A stretch of DNA of 64,000 bases from an uncultured Gammaproteobacteria bacterium (GTDB lineage Bacteria > Patescibacteriota > Patescibacteriia > UBA9934 > CAMTUG01): positions 42 through 64,041 of the forward strand of contig CAZPQJ010000003.1 of NCBI GenBank assembly GCA_964588955.1, read 5' to 3'. Position numbers and translations under genes: made by a program. Shown here in pieces: positions 27,291 through 37,755 of this stretch (position 1 is the first letter of the stretch; each line of letters starts with the position of its first letter). Below the pieces are notes generated by a model that was not told the origin of the DNA, ran no database searches, and worked only from the letters and a program-made list of their open reading frames with translations.

Positions 27291-29306
27291 ATGAATAAGC
27301 GTCTTTTGTCCGTTTTTGCCTTTGTGGCTTTTGTCCTTCCTTCCGTCGCGGTTTTGCCACATCCTGCTTTAGCCGCCGGTTGGGCAGAAGTGGATTCTCC
27401 AACTTCAGAAACCCTATTTTCTGTCGATAAATACGGCGATCTTATGATTGCTGTAGGGGCAGACGGAACGGCTATTTATAGCGAAGACGAGGGGAAATCG
27501 TGGGATGAAGGCGATAGTAATACCTCAATTGATTTGTACGGGACCACCATCTTTACCAGTAGCAAGGCGGTAGCAGTTGGAACAGATGCAATGATTATGC
27601 GTACAAGTAACGGTGGCCAATCCTGGAGCGAGGCCTCAATTGATGGATTAACAAGCGCGCAAGAATCGTATGAATTTCGTGCTGTTTACGCAGTCAGTTC
27701 GACGGTTGGCTGGGCAGTCGGGGCTCATGGAATGATTGTTAAAACAGAAGATGGGGGAGCGACGTGGGAAGCAATTGATTCGCCGACTTCGCAAAGCTTG
27801 AACCAGGTTGATGCCGTGAGTACATCGATTGTGTGGGTGGTTGGAGAAAATGGAGTGATTTACAAAAGTACGAACGGCGGAAATTCTTGGAGTAGTCAAT
27901 CGTCTGGCACCTCAGAGCACCTTGTCTGTATTTACATGTACAACAGCTCGATCGGCTATGCTTCCGGGGATAACGAAACCATTCTCAAAACGACCAATGG
28001 TGGATCGGATTGGGATCAAATCTACGCCAGTGAATTACAAAATGGAGAAACGGTGATTGATCTATCGTTCGATTATTCTGAAAATGGCATTTTGACCGGT
28101 TCTGAGGGAACACTGTTGCGAACGGAAGATGGGGGAGATAATTGGAGTGAGGTTGATGAAAGTGTTTCTGAGCCGTTGTTAGATGTCATCGATTCGGCAA
28201 CGACCACATGGTGGGGGGTTGGGGATAATGGTACCATCGCCCGCTATGACGCCGCGGCTCCCGACGCGCCCACGAATTTTGATGTTAGCGGCGACAATTC
28301 TAGTGTCTCTGATTCCACTCCGAAATTTACTTGGAGTGCTTCAAATGACGACGAAACCAGCATTGACTACTACGAATTCAAAATGGACTCTGATTCTTAC
28401 AAAAATATTGGAAATGTCACTACAAAAACGTATTCTACGGAGCTCGATAATGGCAGACACACGGCCTACGTGCGTGCGGTTGATGATGCGGGAAACACGT
28501 CATCTGCCGCGAGTGTTACGTTTACCGTAGATGCTGACTCTTCTTCCAGCCCTTCTGGCAATCCAGACATCGCTAAGATCACCCCTACCTCCGCAGTCAA
28601 AAATGAAACCGTCACCTTTAACGCCATGATCGAAGACGATGACGGCACCATCGATTCGTGTGCGCTTTACGTTGACGGGGATTATGAAAAGGCCATGAGC
28701 ATCAAAACAGACATGGCCTATACCACCATGAAGTTCACGGCTACAGGTTCATATTCGGTCTACGCACGCTGTATCAACGACGATGGTGATACCGTGAGTG
28801 GATCAAGTACGACCGTGAGCGTAGTGAGCGATTCTGGATATGCCGATCCGGGAGATTTGATCAAAATTACCTGTTCCGGCAACGTGTATGTGAACGATCC
28901 TTGCACGACGGTCTATTACTATGGTTATGATGGCCGCCGTCACGCTTTTCCGAATGAAGCAGTGTTCAAAAGTTGGTTTAACGACTTCGACGATTTGGTT
29001 CAACTGACGAGTTCCGCAATGGCCAATATTTCATTGGGCGAAAACGTCACCTATAAACCGGGAGAGCAGCTCGTGCAATTTTCCACCTCAACCGTCTATG
29101 CGGTTTCCTACGGAGGGATCTTACGGCCAATCGCTAATGGCACCATCGCCAAGTCCCTTTTTGGGAGCAATTGGACAAGCGAAATTGCCTGGGTGAGTGA
29201 TGTCTTCTTCGGTAACTACCGTATTGGTTCGACGATTGAAAGTAGCGCCGACTTTTCCATTAGTGGCGTTCAAAGCGTTAGCAAAACCATTGATTCGACG
29301 TTCTAA
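27291..29306 (+). CDS. Secreted BNR/Asp-box repeat protein (Ycf48/sortilin-like beta-propeller) with C-terminal Ig/Fn3-like domains.
   Basis: Repeated S/T-x-D/N-G-G-x-S/T-W motifs (TSNGGQSW, TEDGGATW, STNGGNSW, TTNGGSDW, TEDGGDNW). Confidence 0.6.
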   Translation: MNKRLLSVFAFVAFVLPSVAVLPHPALAAGWAEVDSPTSETLFSVDKYGDLMIAVGADGTAIYSEDEGKSWDEGDSNTSIDLYGTTIFTSSKAVAVGTDAMIMRTSNGGQSWSEASIDGLTSAQESYEFRAVYAVSSTVGWAVGAHGMIVKTEDGGATWEAIDSPTSQSLNQVDAVSTSIVWVVGENGVIYKSTNGGNSWSSQSSGTSEHLVCIYMYNSSIGYASGDNETILKTTNGGSDWDQIYASELQNGETVIDLSFDYSENGILTGSEGTLLRTEDGGDNWSEVDESVSEPLLDVIDSATTTWWGVGDNGTIARYDAAAPDAPTNFDVSGDNSSVSDSTPKFTWSASNDDETSIDYYEFKMDSDSYKNIGNVTTKTYSTELDNGRHTAYVRAVDDAGNTSSAASVTFTVDADSSSSPSGNPDIAKITPTSAVKNETVTFNAMIEDDDGTIDSCALYVDGDYEKAMSIKTDMAYTTMKFTATGSYSVYARCINDDGDTVSGSSTTVSVVSDSGYADPGDLIKITCSGNVYVNDPCTTVYYYGYDGRRHAFPNEAVFKSWFNDFDDLVQLTSSAMANISLGENVTYKPGEQLVQFSTSTVYAVSYGGILRPIANGTIAKSLFGSNWTSEIAWVSDVFFGNYRIGSTIESSADFSISGVQSVSKTIDSTF

Positions 29307-29374
29307 CGTAGACTTGATGCGTTGCAAGACCAGGTTCTTTTAAGATGGAGTAGTGGGCAGTTCATTTTGTATAG

Positions 29375-29394
29375 GCAGGAGTCTCTACTCCCGC
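29375..29394. repeat. GC-rich hairpin, copy 1 of a duplicated element.
   Basis: gcaggagt ctct actcccgc, an 8-bp stem with one mismatch. Its perfect twin lies at 29640-29659. Confidence 0.5.
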
Positions 29395-29639
29395 CATGTT
29401 GTTAAGATTATCTACCACGACTGGATGGATACCTTCCGGTTGGGTTGTTTTATGGATAGATTCGGATTAGGTATGGTTTGTATAGCTTTTGTCTATACAA
29501 AACACCTCCCAACACGCACCTGTTTGAAAAACGAGGTGCTGGAGAGGGCATGCTTCTAACCTACTTGGCTAGGTATATCGTAGAAGACTATTTCGCGACA
29601 TCCCTAGCACATCTGTACGATACCGATTTAGAAACAAAG

Positions 29640-29659
29640 CGGGAGTCTCTACTCCCGCC
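29640..29659 (-). terminator. Hairpin copy 2, the likely greA terminator on the minus strand.
   Basis: A perfect 8-bp stem (gcgggagt/actcccgc) followed on the minus strand by a U-rich run (gctttgttt), 50 nt downstream of the greA stop. Confidence 0.5.
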
Positions 29660-29711
29660 TATTCAAATCAGACCAAACCGGTTTTTCTCTTAACAGGATT
29701 CCGCCCGATGC

Positions 29712-30221
29712 CTACATCACTTCCCCAATTTGATACACAACTTTTCCAACTGGTCCATCGAACACAACCTCCTCGCCAGCCTTGTGTCCAAGTAAAGCTA
29801 ATCCAAGAGGGGAGTTATGCGAAATGCGGCCGCGCGAGGGGTTAGTTTCGAGTGAGCCAACGAGCTCAAATGTCATGGGTTTAGCGTTTACAAACACCGT
29901 CACTGTTGATCCTAAGCGAATTGTGCCGTCAGCAGATCCCGATTGAATAGGGATCGCCATTTTAATTCGCTCTTTTAACGATTCAATCCGCCCGTTAATG
30001 CGTCTCAGCAACGCTTTGGCATTTTGATAGCCAAAGTTCTCAGAAAAGTCTCCCATTTCTGCCAATCGCCGTACTTCCGCCACAGTTTCCGGTCGTTGGC
30101 GCTTTTCTAGATCGATCACTTCTTGTTTAAAACGTTCAATCGCGGCGGAAGTTAAATGGCGGTCTTCTGGCTCGGCCAAAGCCGCTCGATCTAACTCGCC
30201 TTTGCGTGTAGGGATGCGCAT
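29712..30221 (-). CDS. greA: Transcription elongation factor GreA.
   Basis: A GreA N-terminal coiled coil and a C-terminal FKBP-like domain (GKISHNSPLGLALLGHKAGEEV). Confidence 0.85.
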   Translation of the reverse strand: MRIPTRKGELDRAALAEPEDRHLTSAAIERFKQEVIDLEKRQRPETVAEVRRLAEMGDFSENFGYQNAKALLRRINGRIESLKERIKMAIPIQSGSADGTIRLGSTVTVFVNAKPMTFELVGSLETNPSRGRISHNSPLGLALLGHKAGEEVVFDGPVGKVVYQIGEVM

Positions 30222-30253
30222 AGATGATCCTTATGATATCCTAAAAATATCCT

Positions 30254-31390
30254 ATGATCAAACGTTATCTCCCGCTATTTCTTTTTTTATTCTGTCTACC
30301 GGTCAGTGCTGCGCGCGCACAAACATTAGATGCTGCTTCAACCCCGGCATACTTTATCGCGGAGCTCACTTCCGATGGCGTGTCGACGACGCAATCGATT
30401 GCTGGCATACAGGAAACAACCACCGTTTACAAGGCGACAATCATTAAAGGAGAAGCCAAGGGTACGCGCATCGAAGTGGAGCAAAGTGATCTTTTTGCCG
30501 CTAATCGTGCCCTCAAGGTCAAGTCCGGTGACAACGTGGTGGTGATTCAATCCATTGATGATTCGGGTTTGCCCTCCTATCAACTTGTTGACGCGTATCG
30601 CGTTCCCTCCTTGTGGTGGATGGCAGTACTGTTTTTTTTCTTGGCCGTTCTTTTTGGTCGGCTTAAGGGCTTTTCCTCAATGATTGGCTTAGCCGTCAGT
30701 GCATGGATTATTGTGGGACTGATTGTGCCAAAGATTGTCGCTGGAGCAGATCCGTTGCTTGTGAGTTTGCTTGGTTCGTTGTTGATTGCAACAATTTCGC
30801 TCTTTTTGGCACATGGATTCACGAAGCGTACCACGGTGGCATTTGTTGGAACGGTTGTGACTTTGATTCTGTCCGCGGGGCTCGCTGTGGCTGCTGTTCG
30901 CTTTACACATTTGTTCGGAATGGGGAGCGAAGCGAGCTTATTTGTGATTGGTGACTTGCCGGGAATTAATTTGCAAGGATTGTTGTTGGGTGGCATTATG
31001 CTTGGGCTTTTGGGGGTACTTGATGACATCACTACCGCTCAGTCTGCCGTCGTTGATGAGCTTAAGCGAGCCAATCGTCAGCTAACCTTTCGCGAACTGT
31101 ATTATCGGGGTCTGTCTGTCGGTCGTGAGCATATTGCTTCGCTCGTGAACACGCTGTTCTTGGCTTATGCGGGAGCTTCGTTACCCTTGTTTCTGCTCTT
31201 TTCGGTCAATCAAGGCCAGGAGTTATGGATGATCTTCAATAATGAAATGATCGCTGAAGAGATCGTGCGTACCCTTGTTGGCAGTGCCGGTCTCATCCTT
31301 GCCGTACCGATTACCACCGCCTTGGCGGCCTATATTTTCCGCCATCAGACGGACAACCCTAACCAAAATCATCCCTATCATCATCACTAA
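30254..31390 (+). CDS. YibE/F-like polytopic membrane protein.
   Basis: Signal peptide, a periplasmic N-domain, then 6-7 TM segments; architecture typical of YibE/F. Confidence 0.45.
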   Translation: MIKRYLPLFLFLFCLPVSAARAQTLDAASTPAYFIAELTSDGVSTTQSIAGIQETTTVYKATIIKGEAKGTRIEVEQSDLFAANRALKVKSGDNVVVIQSIDDSGLPSYQLVDAYRVPSLWWMAVLFFFLAVLFGRLKGFSSMIGLAVSAWIIVGLIVPKIVAGADPLLVSLLGSLLIATISLFLAHGFTKRTTVAFVGTVVTLILSAGLAVAAVRFTHLFGMGSEASLFVIGDLPGINLQGLLLGGIMLGLLGVLDDITTAQSAVVDELKRANRQLTFRELYYRGLSVGREHIASLVNTLFLAYAGASLPLFLLFSVNQGQELWMIFNNEMIAEEIVRTLVGSAGLILAVPITTALAAYIFRHQTDNPNQNHPYHHH

Positions 31391-31396
31391 TGTCTT

Positions 31397-32260
31397 ATGT
31401 TGTTTGAAACGGGCGAAGATGTTCTGCATTGGTACGACAAGGAGGAACGGGTGTTAACCCCTGCTTTTTTAGAGACGATTCCTTGGGATAAAGTCAAAGA
31501 AACTCCACTCGCGCCAGAGTTGGCGCCTGTGTTGCGCTACATGCGGGACATTGAAACATTTACTACCATGTATGCCGACGAGTTGCGGCGCACACCCACA
31601 GGAAAAGATCCCGTGGTCAAGCGGTTTATGGAACGGTGGGAAACAGAGGAAACCTTGCATGGCGAATTACTTAATCGCTTTTTGAACGAGGCGGGGTTTG
31701 TGACGCCTAGTGATTGGAAAGATCAGTCGTTTGCCGCTATTTCGCCGGAATATCGACGTAGCGCCAAGCTGACGACGAGTATTACCAATTTGGTTGGCAA
31801 AAACTTTTCCGCCGTACACATGACTTGGGGGGCGATTCAAGAGCTCTCGACGCTTTCGGGATATGAGCGTTTGTGGCATTTGGCAGAGCATCCCGTGTTG
31901 GAAAAGATTTTGCGAGCGATTGTGCGCGAAGAGGCGCGCCACGCGTTATTTTATTGGAGTCTGGCTCGTATCCGTTTGGCAGAATCGAAGTGGCGCCAAG
32001 AGTTGGCCAAGTTTTTGGTCAACCATTTTTGGACGCCGGTTGGACAAGGGGCCAAGCCTAAGGCCGACACGGATTATGTGATTAAAACCGTCTTCCAAGG
32101 CAAAGAAGGATTGGCGCTTATGGACAGTCGCGTAACGAAGCGCATTCAACAATTGCCAGGATTTGATCACTTCACCAAACTGACCGAACGCATTGCTGAG
32201 GTCGTCGGGGGCGGTTCGCCCATCGAGAACTTGCAGCCGCTCATTCCCGTATCGGAATAA
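31397..32260 (+). CDS. Ferritin-like diiron-carboxylate family protein.
   Basis: Two E-x-x-H motifs in helical context (ETEETLHGELL; REEARHALFY). Confidence 0.4.
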   Translation: MLFETGEDVLHWYDKEERVLTPAFLETIPWDKVKETPLAPELAPVLRYMRDIETFTTMYADELRRTPTGKDPVVKRFMERWETEETLHGELLNRFLNEAGFVTPSDWKDQSFAAISPEYRRSAKLTTSITNLVGKNFSAVHMTWGAIQELSTLSGYERLWHLAEHPVLEKILRAIVREEARHALFYWSLARIRLAESKWRQELAKFLVNHFWTPVGQGAKPKADTDYVIKTVFQGKEGLALMDSRVTKRIQQLPGFDHFTKLTERIAEVVGGGSPIENLQPLIPVSE

Positions 32261-32261
32261 T

Positions 32262-32657
32262 ATGGATCAACAAAAAATAGACGAGGCAAAAAAGCAGCTC
32301 TCGCCGGAGCAGTACACTGTTTGTTTTCTGAAAGGCACGGAGCCGCCGTTTTCCGGCAAGTATTATCATAATCACGAACCAGGCATGTATGCCTGTGCGG
32401 TTTGCCACACTCCGTTATTTTCTTCCGACACCAAATTTGATTCCGGTACGGGTTGGCCAAGTTTTTACGACATTGTCGAACAGGGGAACGTGAAGCAGAT
32501 TGCCGACGATACGCTTGGCATGCGCCGCACAGAAGTACAGTGTGCCACCTGCGGAGCGCATTTGGGTCACCTGTTTAATGATGGTCCCGCGCCAACGGGT
32601 CAGCGCTATTGTATAAACTCTCTGGCGTTGGACTTTGACGCTAAGCCGAAATCGTAA
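32262..32657 (+). CDS. msrB: Peptide-methionine (R)-S-oxide reductase MsrB.
   Basis: Two CxxC zinc motifs (CAVCHTPLF...CATCGAHLGHLF) and the catalytic region RYCINS; MsrB/SelR fold. Confidence 0.85.
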   Translation: MDQQKIDEAKKQLSPEQYTVCFLKGTEPPFSGKYYHNHEPGMYACAVCHTPLFSSDTKFDSGTGWPSFYDIVEQGNVKQIADDTLGMRRTEVQCATCGAHLGHLFNDGPAPTGQRYCINSLALDFDAKPKS

Positions 32658-32742
32658 CGCGCGAACTCCCTCCGCGTCCGAGACAGAGGTTGTCCTTGAG
32701 TAGAAGGCCTAAAGGAACAACCCAACGGTTCGAGCTCAGAAC

Positions 32743-32775
32743 AACACAGACCTGCAAGGTCTGTGTTGTTTGTAT
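32743..32775 (+). terminator. Intrinsic terminator after msrB.
   Basis: A perfect 10-bp stem (aacacagacc tgcaa ggtctgtgtt) followed by GTTTGTAT. Confidence 0.65.
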
Positions 32776-32871
32776 CGCTTATGTGACTTTCAGTCCGTCG
32801 CTCGAACCGTTGGTCGGCTGTTCTGCTCTGCGGAGCAACATCTGCCCCGGCCGCTTTGGGGGGTTCGCACG

Positions 32872-33804
32872 TTACTTAATAATAACTGGCGCGGCGAGTG
32901 GTGGATAAAGAGCAGGATCAATTGTGCGTTCAAAGCAGACGCGGCCAGCGGCGTGATCCCAGTTTTGTCCGTAGGGGTAGGGGGCGCTGAGTCGACTGTC
33001 TGTACCATGGACCGTCGCTTGGTCGAAGGTGGCGCAGAGGCTAAAGGTAAGGGGAGCGCTCGTGCTGTATTCATAAGCGGCATTGGTTTCCGGATCTATG
33101 GGGGAGGAAAATCCATTAAGATCACTTCTCAAATCATCCAGCGTTGCGGGAAGCTTTTGCTTTTGCTGATAGTAGTTAGTGACTTCGTACTGGATGTTGG
33201 AAAGATCGTTGACACGTTGGTCGTCAAAGCGCACTTGGCGCTGCATGGCTGGCGTGCCTACCAAAAGGAATCCTCCAACAATCGCTCCCACTAAGACAAT
33301 CACCGAGGTAATCCCCGCCATTTTATACACCTTGGTTGCTTGCTTCGCTTCGTGTTTAAGTTCCCATAACTCGTACCAAAATACGGCGCCAACCGTCACC
33401 AGCACTGCCAATACTTTAAGAATGAATCGGGCGGTGATTTCCCCATTCAGGAAATAATTTACCAAGGTCACCAAATCCACGATCATGGCAATGGCGGTGG
33501 CGAATAAGGTTAAATACAAGAGCCATTTGCGAATAGCGCTTTCCGTGCCGGGTTCTTGCTGCCGTTCTTTGTTAATAAACCAACTGATCAGTAGGTAGCA
33601 CGGCCAAACAACAATAAGCGCGGCCATGGCTCCACGAATAATATCGAGTGAGCCGACGTAGTAATCATTTAACGCGTCGGGAAATTTCACGTTCACGTAT
33701 TGAAATAACAACGTGATAAAACTAATCACACCAACGTAGAGAGTGACAACGGCCAAGAGGTGGGAAAAGACATCCTTGGCGGTGGAACGGGGGAGAGATT
33801 TCAT
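32872..33804 (-). CDS. Hypothetical polytopic membrane protein (DUF5671-like).
   Basis: 6 TM segments with a C-terminal soluble domain. Confidence 0.45.
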   Translation of the reverse strand: MKSLPRSTAKDVFSHLLAVVTLYVGVISFITLLFQYVNVKFPDALNDYYVGSLDIIRGAMAALIVVWPCYLLISWFINKERQQEPGTESAIRKWLLYLTLFATAIAMIVDLVTLVNYFLNGEITARFILKVLAVLVTVGAVFWYELWELKHEAKQATKVYKMAGITSVIVLVGAIVGGFLLVGTPAMQRQVRFDDQRVNDLSNIQYEVTNYYQQKQKLPATLDDLRSDLNGFSSPIDPETNAAYEYSTSAPLTFSLCATFDQATVHGTDSRLSAPYPYGQNWDHAAGRVCFERTIDPALYPPLAAPVIIK

Positions 33805-33859
33805 AAAAAAGAATTAACGAATGACGTAATGGTTGATTTTATGATATCATAAACGCCGT

Positions 33860-34345
33860 ATGCAGAGGAGGAAGCCGCGCGTGAAAAGTACGCTCACATC
33901 TATTCGTCGAAAGTCATTTGGCGAACGTATCGCGGACGCGTTGACCAACGTGTTTGGTACGCTTGGTTTTTTTATTGTTAACGCGCTTTTTTTTCTTGTC
34001 TGGATCGTCCTCAACACGGGATTAGTTCCTGGAGTGAACATTTTTGATCCATTTCCTTTCAACCTGTTGACGATGTTCGTTTCCTTGGAAGCCATCTTTT
34101 TGTCCGTTATTGTGTTGATCAGTCAGAATAAGGCGGCAAATGTGGCCGATATTCGCGAAGAGATTGATTTTCGCGTCAACGTGTATGCCGAACAGGAAAT
34201 TACCAAGATTTTACGTATGTTGGAGGTTGTGGAAAAGCATTTAGAGATCAAAACTCGCCGTGACAGAGAGTTAAACTCCATGAAGCATAAATTGAATATT
34301 GAACGAATTGCGGCGGAAGTCATGAACGAGCGGCTGAAGATGTAA
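33860..34345 (+). CDS. DUF1003-domain membrane protein.
   Basis: FGTLGFFIVNALFFLVWIVLNT...NLLTMFVSLEAIFLSVIVLISQN is characteristic of DUF1003. Confidence 0.6.
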   Translation: MQRRKPRVKSTLTSIRRKSFGERIADALTNVFGTLGFFIVNALFFLVWIVLNTGLVPGVNIFDPFPFNLLTMFVSLEAIFLSVIVLISQNKAANVADIREEIDFRVNVYAEQEITKILRMLEVVEKHLEIKTRRDRELNSMKHKLNIERIAAEVMNERLKM

Positions 34346-34392
34346 CCCTTGTACGAGGGTGGGGGTATGGATAACAGCATTATCCATTTTTT

Positions 34393-35616
34393 ATGACAAA
34401 AAATGATTTTCAGAGAAGTGTGCTCGCAGGTGCGGTGGGGGGAATGATGATCGTTGTTATTACGGGTGCGGCGCTTATCCATAATGTTGGTGGTCTGGCA
34501 GACCGGCTGGCAGGAACACGTACAACTGGCGTGGCTGTGGCTTCCGGCGACGTGTCTGTTACTGCGTTAGACGTGTCTGACATCGTGGCGAAAGTGAATC
34601 CGGCCGTTGTTTCCATTGTGATTTCTAAAGACGTGCCTAAGCTCAAAACAGTCTATCGCAATCCGTTCGGTGGAGTTTTTGGCAATCTCCCATTTAATTT
34701 TGGTGTACCAACGCAAGAACAAGATGGTACGGAAACGGAGCATAAAGAAATTGGTGGCGGTTCCGGATTTTTGATTTCGGCTGATGGATACTTAGTCACG
34801 AATAATCACGTCGTTGAGGATGACACCGCAGACTATACCGTTTTTACCATTGATGGCAGCCAATACGACGCCAAGGTAATTGCGCAAGACAGTGATCTCG
34901 ACATTGCTTTGTTGAAAATTGAAGCCACGGATATGTCGTTTCTGAATTTTGGCGATTCAGATGCGCTTCGGCTTGGGCAAGCGGTGATTGCCATCGGCAA
35001 CGCCTTGGGCGAGTTTCGTAATACTGTTTCCACGGGGGTCGTTTCTGGCTTAGCTCGGTCAATTACCGCCGGAGATCAGTCTGGCCAAGCGGAACAGCTT
35101 GATAACGTGATTCAAACCGACGCAGCAATCAATCCAGGAAATTCTGGTGGACCTTTGTTGGACTTGCGCGGCAATGTTGTGGGTGTAAACGTGGCCACTA
35201 GCCAAGGGGGAGAGAATATTAGTTTTTCTTTGCCGGCCTCGTTGATTGCCCCGGCAATCGAATCGATGAAAGCAACCGGGCATGTGGTACGGGCCTATCT
35301 TGGTGTGCGGTACGTGCCGGTCACGGCGGCGCTGAAGGAGAAAAATAATCTTTCCGTTGATTACGGTGCTTTGGTTTTGCGCGGTGCCGATGATACCGAA
35401 CTAGCAGTGATCCCTGGTTCACCGGCAGACAAGGCGGGGATTGTGGAAAATGATATTATTCTCGAATTCGATGGACAGAAAATCGACGAAGATCATACGC
35501 TGTCCTCGATGATTCGCGCCAAAGGCGTTGGCGACGTAGTCTCCTTAAACGTTTTAGACAAAGGCACAGAGAAAACGGTTAGCGTAACCTTGCAAGAAAA
35601 ACCTGCTACTCCATGA
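34393..35616 (+). CDS. htrA: HtrA/DegP-family serine protease (trypsin-like domain plus PDZ).
   Basis: Catalytic triad contexts TNNHVV, DLDIALLKI and GNSGGPL, with a C-terminal PDZ (GSPADKAGIVENDIILEFDGQ). Confidence 0.85.
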   Translation: MTKNDFQRSVLAGAVGGMMIVVITGAALIHNVGGLADRLAGTRTTGVAVASGDVSVTALDVSDIVAKVNPAVVSIVISKDVPKLKTVYRNPFGGVFGNLPFNFGVPTQEQDGTETEHKEIGGGSGFLISADGYLVTNNHVVEDDTADYTVFTIDGSQYDAKVIAQDSDLDIALLKIEATDMSFLNFGDSDALRLGQAVIAIGNALGEFRNTVSTGVVSGLARSITAGDQSGQAEQLDNVIQTDAAINPGNSGGPLLDLRGNVVGVNVATSQGGENISFSLPASLIAPAIESMKATGHVVRAYLGVRYVPVTAALKEKNNLSVDYGALVLRGADDTELAVIPGSPADKAGIVENDIILEFDGQKIDEDHTLSSMIRAKGVGDVVSLNVLDKGTEKTVSVTLQEKPATP

Positions 35617-35912
35617 AAAAACCTGCCATAACATTTCGTGAAGCCGTTTACGCCGTGGTCAGAAAGATTCCCAAAGGGGAGGTGATGACCTACAAAATGG
35701 TTGCAGCATTAGCTGGCCGCCCGAAAGCCTATCGGGCGGTTGGCAATTTGTTGAATAAGAATTATGATGAGCGGATCCCGTGCCACCGCGTCGTCCGTTC
35801 CGATGGCAAGACAGGCGGCTACAATCGCGGAGCTATTAAGAAACAGATGATCTTGAAACAAGAAGGGTATGAATTACGACCAAACATCTCTCGATCTCCA
35901 CAGAAAGCATAA
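35613..35912 (+). CDS. MGMT-family protein: the methylated-DNA-protein-cysteine methyltransferase DNA-binding/active-site domain only.
   Basis: PCHRVV active-site motif; 99 aa. Confidence 0.75.
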   Translation: MKKPAITFREAVYAVVRKIPKGEVMTYKMVAALAGRPKAYRAVGNLLNKNYDERIPCHRVVRSDGKTGGYNRGAIKKQMILKQEGYELRPNISRSPQKA

Positions 35913-37011
35913 AGGCAAAATTGCTTTAGCCCCTAAGGTGCATATTGAAACGCGTGAGGATTTAAGCTGGGCCTACACACCGGGCGTGGCTGCACCATGT
36001 TTGGCGATTCAGAAAGAGCCTTCGCAAGCTTGGGAACTCACCTCGCGCCGCAATTGGGTGGCAGTCATTACTGACGGTTCAGCCGTACTTGGGCTTGGGG
36101 ACATTGGACCGCTCGCTGGATTGCCGGTGATGGAAGGTAAAGCGGTGTTGTTCAAAGAATTTGCCAACGTCGATGCCTTTCCGATTTTGCTCAATACGCA
36201 GAACGTCGATGAGATTGTGGAGACGGTAAAACGTATTTCCTTGTCGTTTGGAGGAATCAATTTAGAAGATATTTCCGCTCCACGCTGTTTTGAAATTGAA
36301 GAGCGTTTGGTGGAAGCGTTAGATATCCCTTTGTGGCATGATGATCAGCACGGTACGGCGATTGTGGTGTTGGCTGGTCTTATTAATGCCTTGAAGCTGA
36401 CGGATCGCGAATTTGCCACCGCCAAAATGGTGATTAGCGGCGCGGGCGCGGCGGGGGTAGCCATCGCAAAAATTTTGTTGAGTCAAGGCGCGAAAGATGT
36501 CATTGCTGTCGATAGTAAAGGTATTATTTCTTTTTCGCGTGCAGATTTAAATGAATCGAAAAAGCGTCTACTTGTGCTCACTAATCCCAATAATGTTGAT
36601 GGTTCGCTCGCCGAGGCGCTTAAGGATGCGGATGTGTTTATTGGTGTTAGTGCTCCCGGCATTGTCACTGAAGAGATGGTCCGTTCCATGGCGCCGCAAG
36701 CGATTGTGTTTGCTATGGCGAATCCTATCCCAGAGATCATGCCAGATGTGGCTAAATCTGCCGGCGCGGCGATCGTTGCTTCCGGGCGCAGCGACTTTGC
36801 TAATCAAATCAACAATGTTCTCGCGTTCCCAGGCATGTTCCGTGGCGCACTCGATGCTGGCGCAAAAAAAATCACCGACGCGATGAAATTAGCGGCAGCA
36901 AAAGCGTTGGCCGAATATGTCCAAGAACCGACGCCTGACCACATCATTCCCAACGCGCTTGATAAAAACGTCGCCTATGTCGTTGCTAAAGCTGTTCAAG
37001 CGGCTGTCTAA
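35869..37011 (+). CDS. NAD(P)-dependent malic enzyme, short form.
   Basis: DLSWAYTPGVA, ITDGSAVLGLGDIG and ISGAGAAGVA (Rossmann fold) are malic-enzyme signatures. Confidence 0.85.
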   Translation: MNYDQTSLDLHRKHKGKIALAPKVHIETREDLSWAYTPGVAAPCLAIQKEPSQAWELTSRRNWVAVITDGSAVLGLGDIGPLAGLPVMEGKAVLFKEFANVDAFPILLNTQNVDEIVETVKRISLSFGGINLEDISAPRCFEIEERLVEALDIPLWHDDQHGTAIVVLAGLINALKLTDREFATAKMVISGAGAAGVAIAKILLSQGAKDVIAVDSKGIISFSRADLNESKKRLLVLTNPNNVDGSLAEALKDADVFIGVSAPGIVTEEMVRSMAPQAIVFAMANPIPEIMPDVAKSAGAAIVASGRSDFANQINNVLAFPGMFRGALDAGAKKITDAMKLAAAKALAEYVQEPTPDHIIPNALDKNVAYVVAKAVQAAV

Positions 37012-37012
37012 A

Positions 37013-37663
37013 ATGTGTTTGATAATTGCCGGGGGCGGCTGCTTGCTGCTGTTGGCAATTTTTTTACTGACGTCTGTCATGGTTCCCTGGAAACGGATCG
37101 TTGAATTGAGTGACGCGCCATCCGCAAATTACACCGTTGTCATTGTTCCTGGAGCCAGTGTTCTTAGAAACGGTACGCCATCCGATGTATTGACTGATCG
37201 ATTGTTGACCGCGCTCGATTTGTATCAGGCGGGTAAGGTGAAGACCTTTTTACTTTCTGGCGATCATGGTCAAGATGGTTACGATGAAGTTAGTGTCATG
37301 CGGGACTTTTTGCTCGATCGCGGCGTACCAGGCGAAGATCTATTTCTTGATCATGCTGGCTTTGATACCTACGACACGCTCTACCGAGCGGTACATATTT
37401 TTGGTATCACCCAAGGAGCGATGATTGTTACGCAGCGGTTTCATTTGCCTCGGGCGATGCTGATCGCCGACGGATTGGGAATGTTTGAAACCACCGGCGT
37501 GATTGCCGACCGTCAGACGTACCTGAAAGCATCCGTATTTTCCGCCCGTGAATGGCCAGCGCGGGTTAAAGCATTGTTTGATGTTATCTTCAAATCTAAA
37601 CCGAAGTACTTAGGCGACCCCATCGACATAACTGGCGACGGAAGAGTCACTTGGGATAAGTAG
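37013..37663 (+). CDS. SanA/YdcF (DUF218) family protein.
   Basis: An N-terminal TM is followed by the DUF218 core (VIVPGASV...LLSGDHGQDGYDEVSVMRDFL). Confidence 0.6.
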   Translation: MCLIIAGGGCLLLLAIFLLTSVMVPWKRIVELSDAPSANYTVVIVPGASVLRNGTPSDVLTDRLLTALDLYQAGKVKTFLLSGDHGQDGYDEVSVMRDFLLDRGVPGEDLFLDHAGFDTYDTLYRAVHIFGITQGAMIVTQRFHLPRAMLIADGLGMFETTGVIADRQTYLKASVFSAREWPARVKALFDVIFKSKPKYLGDPIDITGDGRVTWDK

Positions 37664-37755
37664 ACTACACGTCTACCTAAAAGCGAAGCGGCCCCAAGAC
37701 GAAGTCTGTTGTCAACGTGGATGGCTGGTGCTAGCCTTTGGTGAGGAGGTCTCTC

